From assembly GCA_963739265.1 (NCBI GenBank), contig CAVTZR010000005.1, positions 507,588-571,587 on the forward strand: 64,000 nt of DNA, in the 5' to 3' direction. This document shows positions 49,705 to 58,048 of this stretch, piece after piece (the first letter of the stretch is position 1; each line of letters opens with the position of its first letter). The position numbers were made by a program, and so were the translations under genes. A model generated the notes under the pieces. It was not told the DNA's origin, did no database searches, and worked only from the letters and a program-made list of their open reading frames with translations. The DNA is from an uncultured Chloroflexia bacterium. GTDB lineage: Bacteria > Chloroflexota > Anaerolineae > Anaerolineales > Villigracilaceae.

Positions 49705-51895
49705 TCACCCCGTTTTGACGGTGCCCATGACTGGATCTTTCTTCACGGTCACGACGATCTTGGTTCCCCGGTTGGGTCTGGATGTGATCTTCAACGTGCC
49801 ATTGATCTGGGCCGTCCGCTCGCGCGATGTTCTGCAGTCCGAGCCCCGACCGGTCGACTTTCTTCGGGTCGAAGCCGCAGCCGTCATCCTGGATCTCCAT
49901 AATGACGTTTCGCCTTCCCTGCTTGAGCGTCACCAGCACCGACTTGGCGTGGGCGTGGCGCAGGACGTTGTTCATCGCCTCCTGGGCGATGTAGTAGAGC
50001 GTCAGCTCCTTGTCCTTGGACAGCGAGATGCCCTCGTCCGCCAGCAGCCGGGCTTTGATGTCGGAGCGTCCCTCCACGGCCGAGATGCGGTGGTGCAGCA
50101 CCGAGATCAGCCCCTCCTTCTCGATATCGACCTGCTGCATCTGGTATAGGAACAGGCGCATCTCCCGAACCGCCTGACGGGCGTTCTCGCCGATGCGGGC
50201 AAACTCCTGCGCCGGGTCCACCGACCGTCCGGCCTCCAACGAAGCCTGGGCGACCTCGGTCGTAGTGACTACCCCATACAGCTTTTGGCTGACCGAGTTG
50301 TGCAGGTCACGCATCAGCTTCTGGCGCTCCTTGGTCGTGATGTCGCGCCGCCGGCGGCGGTCGCTGTCGATCAGATTGCCCATGTGCTCGGCGATGGCGG
50401 TCAGGCGGACGATCTCGTCCTGGCTGAACGCCGGCTTCTCCTTGCGGGCCAGGCACATGCAGCCCAGCAGCCGGCTCTCGCTGCCCTCCTGCACCGTCAG
50501 GGGCACGACCAGGAAGCAGGAGATGGATGTCTTGCGGATGGCGGATGGCACGCGCGCGTCGTCGGTGGCATCGTCCACCAGGAAGGGCTGGCGGTTCTTG
50601 ATCACCCAGTCGAAGAGCGGGGACGAGGCCGGCACGAAGGCCAGGTTCTCCGCGGCCGCGGCGGGCAGGCCCAGGTAGGATGCCAGGTACAGCCTCGGCT
50701 CCTCGTTCTCCTTGGCCCGATCATCCATGATGAAGATGCCCACGATCGGGCTGCGGAACGGAGAGACGATGTGATAGATCGATTCGAGCAGGAAGTCGTC
50801 CAGGCTGAGCGTATTGTTGGCCGCGCTGGAGATGGCGTTGATCAATGCGAACATCTCGTCGCGGGCGCGCTGGCGCGAATCATCCCGCAGCTTGCGCTCG
50901 GTCATGTCGCGCCAGACCGCCAGGCGGCCGTACGGCTTGTGGTTGTGGTCGGAGAGAGTTGAGATGCGGATGTTGATGTAGCGCCAGCCCTCCTCCGAAC
51001 GCATGCTCCGCTTCATCTCGAATTCCTGGCTGGCGTCGATCGCCTGGCCGAGGCTGGGCGAGTCGCCCAGCAGTGCCGAGATGTGCTGCCCCTGGATCTC
51101 GCGCAGCGTGGTGCCTGCCATCCGTTCCGCCGCCGCGTTCATGTCCAGGATCCGGTGGCGCAGGTCCAGGACCATCCAGCCCTCGTCCATGCCTTCGACC
51201 ACCGCGTCGCGATCGAACGGGATGTCGGTGCCTCGCGCCCGGAACAGCTCTTGCAGGTATCCCAGGGCGGCGATGCCGAACGCAAAGGGCAACAGCTCGA
51301 TGCCCGGAAGTGGAGACCAGCCGGCGAAATCGAGCGACAGCGCCGCGACCGGGAAAGTACAGCCGATCGCGGTGAAGAGGGCCGGGTCGAGCAACGACCG
51401 CCGATGGCGGAAGTACACATTGATGGAAAGGATCAGCGCGGCCGCGACCAGTCCATACACGTACACGGCCTGGATCCGGCCCCACGGGCCTGCCGTGAAC
51501 ACCGCCTCGACGGCGGGCATCGTGGTGAACTGGAAGAACTGGTTCCGCAGCGAGGGCACCCAGAACAGCACCTGGGTGGCGACCGGCATGATGGCGAGCA
51601 GGATCAGCCGGTGGAGGTGGACGGCTGCGCTGCGCAGCGACTGTTGCAGTGCGAGCACCAGCACCGCGCTCGCAGCCACCGCCGCGCTCAGGTAGATCAC
51701 GCCGGCCCAGAAGTCATCCTGTGAACCATAGACTGGCGAATGGTAGAGCAGGTAGCAGGCCGAGTTCACCGCGGCCGCCACCGCCAGCACGAACAAGCCG
51801 CCAGCCCCGGGCGCACTGGCCTTGCGCAGCGCGCCCACGCCCGCGATGCAGGCGATCACGATGTTGACGATCAGAGCCAGGGCCTCGAGGTTCAT
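49705..51895 (-). CDS. Sensor histidine kinase: 7TM N-domain, PAS, GAF, HisKA_3, HATPase; one frame break near 49826
   Basis: The H-box is RDLHNSVSQKL, the N-box is ..IAQEAMNNVLRHA.. and the G-box is DDGCGFD..GLGLQNI(RERTAQINGTLKITS..). The true C-terminus ends at TGA 49705-49707. Confidence 0.8.
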
Positions 51896-51958
51896 GGTCT
51901 TCTGTGTTTATATCACGTAATCTGTGACGGCCTTGGCGTGTGCCGCGCAGGCATCCGG

Positions 51959-53284
51959 CTACGACGCTGTGAGCGCCTCGATCTGCGCGGGATCGAGCAG
52001 CAAACTCAGGTTCGGGTCACGCCGGGCCTCGGGCCCGGTCATCCGTCCTTCGGAAAGCGCCGCCCGCAGCACCTGCTCCGCCTTGGCCGCATTCCCCATG
52101 ATGCCCTCTTCATAGATCTCCAGCCGCCTCGCGGATTGCTCCGGTTCAAGCTGGCGCGCGGCCTTCAGGTGGCGAATCGCCTCGTCCGGGCGTTCGATCA
52201 TGCAATATGCGATTGCCAGCGACTCGAGATAGGCCGGGTTGTGCGGGGCCAGCGCCACCGCCTCGGCGAAACTCGCCCGGGCGTCGTCGACCTTGCCCAT
52301 GGCTTCATATATGTATCCCAGACGGTTCCAGATCCGGGCGTCCCGCGGATCGACCCGCACGGCTCGCTTGCCGATCGTGATGGCCTCCTGGTTCCGTCCG
52401 AGCATGCAGCTGGCTGCGCTCAGGTTGATCAGCAGCGCGCTGCTTTCGGGTGCGGCCTCCAGCGCCTTCCGATACGTCTCCACGGCCTTCTCGTACTGTC
52501 CGACCTCATGCTGCAGTACGGCCACGCCGTTTAGCAGGTGCCAGGCCAGTTCGGCCAGCTGGTGACCCAGCGCCAGGTCGAGGCCCGACTGGAACGACGC
52601 ATCGGCTTTGACCGGGTCGCCGCGCAGCCAGTAGAGATGTCCGAGGACGTAGTAGAGGTCGACGCGGGTCGACAGCGCCTCGCTATTACGCGGCAGCTTC
52701 GACATGATGTCTTCGCGGGCGCGGATCTTGTCGTCCAGGTTGTCGAACGGGTCCACGGTATCGGGGATATCCCACACGAGCAAGCCCGCTGGCAGGCTGG
52801 CTTTGTGCGCGGCCCGCGCGCTGGCAAACTCGACTACACGGTGCCGAAAGGCCCAGAAGTCAGGTGCGTGGAGGGCCAGGTTGGTGGCTTCGTTGGAAGT
52901 CAGCGAGAAGACTGCCTTGATGCGGTTCTCGACGAAGAGCTCGCGATAGAGATTCAGGGCCCTGTAGGCTTCCTTGCCGTCCTCGGCGCCACCCCAATCG
53001 ATATTGGAAACGAAGAACACCGTCCGATCGGGCGTGGGCGTCGCCAGGATCAGATGGGCCACATCCGCCCGCTCCGGGTTGACCACGATGCGTGCCACGC
53101 TGTGGCCGTCCCGCGCCAGACGGGCTTCCAATTCCTTCTCTGCCTTTTCCTGGCTCAGTTTTGACTTATGGATTGCGAGCAGGATGCTGGGTCTTTCCCA
53201 CTTTGCCGCCAGGCTGAGCTCATCGTGCAGGACGCTGATATTCTCGTCGAAGGTCTTCCCGCCCTTTGGGCCCGTATTCGACAT
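51959..53284 (-). CDS. Novel N-domain plus TPR protein (441 aa), paralogue of 43321-45968
   Basis: ..FDENISVLHDELSLAAKWERPSILLAIH..TVFFVSNIDWG..NLYRELFVENRIKAVFSLTSNE..APDFWAFRHRVVEF is followed by about 6 TPRs. Confidence 0.75.
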   Translation of the reverse strand: MSNTGPKGGKTFDENISVLHDELSLAAKWERPSILLAIHKSKLSQEKAEKELEARLARDGHSVARIVVNPERADVAHLILATPTPDRTVFFVSNIDWGGAEDGKEAYRALNLYRELFVENRIKAVFSLTSNEATNLALHAPDFWAFRHRVVEFASARAAHKASLPAGLLVWDIPDTVDPFDNLDDKIRAREDIMSKLPRNSEALSTRVDLYYVLGHLYWLRGDPVKADASFQSGLDLALGHQLAELAWHLLNGVAVLQHEVGQYEKAVETYRKALEAAPESSALLINLSAASCMLGRNQEAITIGKRAVRVDPRDARIWNRLGYIYEAMGKVDDARASFAEAVALAPHNPAYLESLAIAYCMIERPDEAIRHLKAARQLEPEQSARRLEIYEEGIMGNAAKAEQVLRAALSEGRMTGPEARRDPNLSLLLDPAQIEALTAS

Positions 53285-53320
53285 GTCATTCCGGAACGCT
53301 GTGTGCGGGGCTGGCGGGCA

Positions 53321-54172
53321 TCACTGCATCCCGCTGAGGAAATAGATCTTGGTGAGCGGGAACCGGGTGCGGGCTTCCTCGCTCAACTGGTCGTAGTAGC
53401 GCACCCACAGGTCGAAGAAGTTCTCGAGGTCGAGCAGGGTCGTCTTCTTGAAGGTTTCCTTGCGTCGCGCCTCGGATACCTCGTAGGTGAAGCCGCCGGT
53501 TGAGATCAGCAGCCCGTAATCGCCATCGCTCATCACAGAGAGGAACGACTTCAGTCCCTCCATGGTGACGGGTTGGCCCTTGTGTTGGAGCTGCACGAGG
53601 ATGCGCGGGCCCTTGGCGCCGATCGGATCGGTGTAAGCCACCAGGTCGATGCGGCCGTGGTCTTTCTCAGGCGGGGCGATCCAGGCAACGTGATAGCCCA
53701 TGGCCTTCATCAGGTCGGCGGCCATGCCCTGGAACGCGACCCGCCGCGTGGACTGCAGGTATCTCTGGATCTGCTCCCAAGCTTTCTCTTCGGCCTCCTC
53801 GACTGTCATAGCGTAGGTCGGCGCGCCCTGCTTTACGATCTCCAGTCGGTCGAGGGCTTCCTTGTACAGCTCTTGGGGGCCGCGGAAGCGGCGGCAGGCC
53901 TGGCGTCCCTCCTCGGTGATAAACCAGCGACCCTTGTTGTTCTTGACGAGCCAGCCGGCCTGGACCATCGGGATGGTGGCCAGGCGAACGATCCGCTCGT
54001 AGCGCGGGATGTTCGTCGGGGGAGCGTAGCCCTTTTCGTACTCGGTCAGTTGTGTGATCTGCGGGATGTAGGAGAGGATCTCCTGGGCGGGTATCCCCTC
54101 GGGTTTGTTCCACAGCAGCTCCAGCACGCTGCGCAGCAGTTCACCGACCCTGGTTACCGTGACATCTGCCAT
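53321..54172 (-). CDS. Mrr-like restriction endonuclease (Mrr_N winged helix plus Mrr_cat)
   Basis: The N-terminal wHTH is ..RYERIVRLATIPMVQAGWLVKNNKGRWFITEEG.. . The C-terminal PD-(D/E)xK-like core is ..GRIDLVAY.. and ..ILVQLQHK.. . Confidence 0.7.
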   Translation of the reverse strand: MADVTVTRVGELLRSVLELLWNKPEGIPAQEILSYIPQITQLTEYEKGYAPPTNIPRYERIVRLATIPMVQAGWLVKNNKGRWFITEEGRQACRRFRGPQELYKEALDRLEIVKQGAPTYAMTVEEAEEKAWEQIQRYLQSTRRVAFQGMAADLMKAMGYHVAWIAPPEKDHGRIDLVAYTDPIGAKGPRILVQLQHKGQPVTMEGLKSFLSVMSDGDYGLLISTGGFTYEVSEARRKETFKKTTLLDLENFFDLWVRYYDQLSEEARTRFPLTKIYFLSGMQ

Positions 54173-54288
54173 CTGCTGTCTCTGCTATCCAGTATAGTAT
54201 CAACGCTCCGCGGTGGCAAGCAGCCACTGCGGCTGAAGGAATGACTCATCCACGGAGGCCTACGAAATGCAGCGCCTCCGCTGGTGGG

Positions 54289-55053
54289 TCACTGACCGCG
54301 ACGAGGCGGAAAGCCTTGCTCCTGTCGCGTCACACGGATGAATTCGATGATCGTTTCGGGAGTGTGAGGGCTCGATCCGACAAGCACGAGGTAGGGGGCA
54401 GCCCAGAAGTCGCTGCTGAGATTCTCCTCCCTGTAGTGCGGGTAATCCTCGAGGATCTTCTTCGAGGTCATCTCACGGATCAGGCGGATGCTTCGGGCGG
54501 GGGGCGTGGAGGCCGGGGCGCTGACGACGTACTGCAGGAACTCGGGGCGGATCATGATGAAGTCGAGCCGCCATCCGAACGAGACGCAGATCTGATACAT
54601 CGTCTCGCGCAGGAACGGGACCACGTCGCCACGCAGACGATGGGCCCCGAAGCGCGGGATCAACAGGCAGGCATAGGATAGATCATACGGCCGCCTGGTG
54701 AACAGCGGCTCGAATACGACCTTGCGTTCGACCACGGACGGTCCAACGCGACCAGCCTGCACCGGCCGCACTGGCGCGGGACGGAAACTGCCCGGAATCG
54801 GCGGCGCGGGGAGACGCGGGTCCGGGGGCGGACCCAGCACTGCCATCTGATCAACTGGTGAATTGGGAATCGCAAGGCGCGGCAGTTCGATCGTCTCCGA
54901 TGCAAACCGCTTCTTCTTGACGGACGCGTTCCGCGCTTTGGCCACTGGTTTCGTTATCCCTTGGGCGGCTCCCTGAGCCGCTGGCTGCGATGTGAATCTG
55001 TCCTGACGATTGCGACCTATGTCTTCGATCTGTTCGCGCGGCAGACAATGCAA
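54289..55053 (-). CDS. IS200/IS605-like Y1 transposase-fold protein lacking catalytic residues, with a Pro-rich N-terminal extension
   Basis: ..YDLSYACLLIPRFGAHRL..LRETMYQICVSFGWRLDFIMIRPEFLQYVV..SIRLIREMTSKKI..FWAAPYLVLVG.. follows the Y1_Tnp layout. However, the HUH position reads FLQ and the C-terminal Tyr position reads F (IIEFIRV). Confidence 0.55.
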   Translation of the reverse strand: MHCLPREQIEDIGRNRQDRFTSQPAAQGAAQGITKPVAKARNASVKKKRFASETIELPRLAIPNSPVDQMAVLGPPPDPRLPAPPIPGSFRPAPVRPVQAGRVGPSVVERKVVFEPLFTRRPYDLSYACLLIPRFGAHRLRGDVVPFLRETMYQICVSFGWRLDFIMIRPEFLQYVVSAPASTPPARSIRLIREMTSKKILEDYPHYREENLSSDFWAAPYLVLVGSSPHTPETIIEFIRVTRQEQGFPPRRGQ

Positions 55054-55192
55054 CGTGCGCTGTTCAGCTGGAAATGAACATCAGGCCCGGGCTGCGCACC
55101 ATGCAACTGAAAGATATGGAGCCCAAAAGAGAGCAGCGAGAGCAAAATGGCGATCCTCAAGCCCGCTGCCACTTGCCGGTGTTTCTAATCGC

Positions 55193-55220
55193 ATTATAAC
55201 GTGAATTGCGGAATTTGCAA
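55193..55220 (-). promoter_or_regulatory. Sigma-70-like promoter upstream of the Y1-like/Mrr/TPR/HK/RR unit
   Basis: The minus strand reads TTGCAA, a 16-nt spacer, then TATAAT. It is embedded in phased AATTGC repeats. Confidence 0.45.
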
Positions 55221-55269
55221 ATAATTGCACGAATTTCGGCGCGGCGATCGGGGTCTCAGAGGCTCAGCC

Positions 55270-55358
55270 GGTCGAGGAACGGCCAGCACAGGTTGGCATT
55301 GCGCGCGTTCATGCCCAATATCTGCTGGATGACCTCGGCGGTTTCTGGTTCCGACCGA
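55270..55358 (-). repeat. Degenerate tandem duplicate of the last ~30 codons of the upstream TPR gene
   Basis: A 47-nt core (55295-55341) matches 55398-55444 at 45/47 positions, offset by 103 nt, with weaker homology extending on both sides. Confidence 0.8.
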
Positions 55359-57667
55359 CTATTTTGACAACTGGCCGAGGAGCTGCCGGTACAGCTCGGC
55401 ATTGGGCGGGTTCATGCCCAATATCTGCTGGATGACCTCGGCGGCCTCCTTGTTCCGGCCACCCTGCAGGAGGGCCTCACCCAGATCGTCCAACTGGCTG
55501 ACCGCTTCCTGGGTCCGTCCTAGACGGTGCAGCTGCTGGGCCAGGGCCCGGCTGTAGAGCGGGTCCGCCGGGTTCTCCTTGACGAGTTCCTCGAGGAAGG
55601 GCAGCGAGTCCTCGGTCTGGTTGTGGCTCTCCAGGTAGTTGAGGAAATTCTCCAACTCGGCCGTGGCCTGCTGAGGCTGGCCGATGCGCGTGTAGAGGTC
55701 CATGAGCTGCTTGCGGGCGGACTGGTCGTCGGGGCGCAGGGTGCGGATCTGCTCGTAGACCCGCAGGGCCTGCTTCCAGTCGAGCCGCTGCATGTCGATG
55801 TCGGCCATGCGCTGCATGATCTGGACGTTCCAGGCGCGGTCGGCCTGCATTTCCTGGACGACGCGCAGCGCAGTGGTGTAGGTCTTGCGCGCCATGTCGA
55901 GATCGGCCAGGCGATAGTAGAGGTCGGCCAGATCGAGGTACTCGTTGATCGCGTCGTCGACCTGGCCCTGGGCAATGAGCTGATCGATGAGGCGCGTGCG
56001 CGCCGGGAAGTCCATCGGCGCCATCTGGATGATGCGCCGCCAGATTTTGATGGCCTGGTGTGTCTCGCCGCGCAGGCTGTACGCATGCGCCGCGACCGAG
56101 AACTTGGCGATCGCATCCGGCGTGCGCCCGTCCTGGATCAGCATGTCACCCATCAGGATGTGGAGCGGAAGATAACTGGGGTTGTGCTGGACCGCCTCGA
56201 AGGCCTCATCCATCGCCGAACGCAGCGCGCCAGCCCGTGCCAGCTTGTGGATCTGGTTGATCGAGTCGATGACGCCCGAGCTTTGCGCCTCGAGCATCAC
56301 TTCGGCCAGAGGGACGGGGACATCGTCTTCCTGAACCGGGGGGATTGCTCGCGGGTCGTGTTGATCTGCTCGCGCCAATCGTTGCGCATGAGCAGGCCGC
56401 GCACGTTCCGGCAGAGCTGCTCACAGGCATCGAGGTCCTTCTGTGACTGCTGGGCTTCGATCAGGGGCTCATACAGCTGGCGGATATCGTCCGCCTTGCC
56501 CTGGGGCGCGGTCGCTACATCGGCGATCCTCAATGCCTCGAGGTATTCGAGTGAGGCGTCCTTCCACTGTTCCTTCTTAAAGAGGATGTCGCCCAGCAGG
56601 AGGCGGGCGCCGAGCCCGTAGTCCGCATGTTGGACGGCGTGAGACAGGTTGCGGATGGCGCCCTCAACCCGTTCGCCCTTGAGCCGGAGGTAACCCAGGT
56701 CGTAGTTGAGGGCGGCGTGTTTGAAGCCGGCCTCCTGGGCATGCTCGAGCTCATCCGCCGCAGTCGAGTCCTGGCCGCGCGTCTGCGCATCGATGGCCTG
56801 TCCCAGATGCATCACGACCTGGCCCTGTTCGGCATGCTCCATCGACAGCGCGCCTGTGCCCTTGACGATGGCGTTCATGCCGCGACGTTCGACCGCCTCC
56901 GGGCTCTGGTCGCTGTAATCGAAGAGGATCTCTGCCAGCCTGGTGATGGCCTTTCGAGCGGCTTCCTCCACGGGGTCGAGAGAGGCAGCAGAAGGCGGCG
57001 GGGTGGTCAGCTGCTTGACCTTGGCCATGCGCAGCGGCGCGGTGCCGCCGCGCGATCGCATCGGCTGTGGCAGGAGCTGCCCGGTCTTCAGCAGCGACTG
57101 GGCCTGGCGCACCTCGGGGCTGGTCGGCATGAGCTGCACGGCGCGGTTGACGACTTCCTCGGCCCGGTCGTAGGAGCCGGAGCGCTGCAACAAGCTGGCG
57201 ACGGCCAGGTATTCGTTCACCGCCTGTTGCACGTGACCCAATCGTTCGTGCGCCATGGCGAGGCGACTGTGAGCCAGCGGCTCTTCAGGCTTGAGCGAGG
57301 TGATGCGGCTCCAATTCTCCATGGCCTTGTCGATGTCGTGCTGGCGCAGGTAGGCTTCAGCCGCCTTCATGGCCGAGTCGACTGCCAGCTGGATATCGCC
57401 GATGCGCTCGGAGATCTGGGCGACCTTCTCCAACGGCACGGGGTCGTCGGGTGTGAGCTTCGCCACCTGCTCGTACGTTTGCAGGGCTTCTTCGAATTCG
57501 CCGAGTTGGAAGAGGGCCAGGCCGAGGCTGTTGAGCGCCCGGGGCTGGCCGGGGGAATTTTCGAGTGCACGGCGGTAGGCGACCGCGGCTTTGTCCCACT
57601 CCTGGTCCCAGGCCGCAGAGTGGCCTTCGTTCATTGCCGCCGTGAATGTGTCTTGGTTAGCGGGCAT
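55359..57667 (-). CDS. Large TPR protein (about 770 aa), frame broken at a G6/C6 run (56338-56343)
   Basis: TPR-like repeats run throughout. The two track ORFs join as ..TTREQSP|PVQEDDVPVPL.. if the homopolymer is one base longer. Confidence 0.7.
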
Positions 57668-58048
57668 GGAGGATCTTGATTTCCCTGATCGAGGGAATCA
57701 TATCATGAGACGGGCATGAGAGTCGCGCAGCGGTGCGTGCCAAGATCATTGTGTTATGCCACCCCGACTGTACGCGCGCGCCCATGGTAGCGCAGCTGTC
57801 CACCTCCCCCAAATACGGCCGTCAAGGAAATTCGTCCATGAGCCGTTTATCGCCCTATTCGGGGAAGAACGGGTAGCGGTAGTGACACGGGTATGATCGG
57901 GCGGACGGCAATGGCGACCTTTCTGGACGTCCACATCCGGGCCGGGATGAACCTCGCCCCTTTGGAAGACAACGCGGACACCGTCAAAACATCGGCACCG
58001 CGGACCCCGTAAGAACACCGGGGCAAACGGCGGCACCGGAAGCACATG

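Noticed and set aside
49028-51895. A 955-aa 'hybrid' histidine kinase-response regulator ORF
   Set aside because: The kinase's real C-terminus (..GLGLQNIRERTAQINGTLKITS..VKTG*) continues in another frame and stops at 49705. The regulator has its own ATG at 49699. The fusion is created by a single extra base near 49826.
57746-58045. A 99-aa minus-strand ORF, or a riboswitch, in the polA-TPR spacer
   Set aside because: The translation is Arg/Pro/Gly-rich and there is no RBS. I could not recognise cobalamin, TPP or SAM riboswitch core motifs on either strand.
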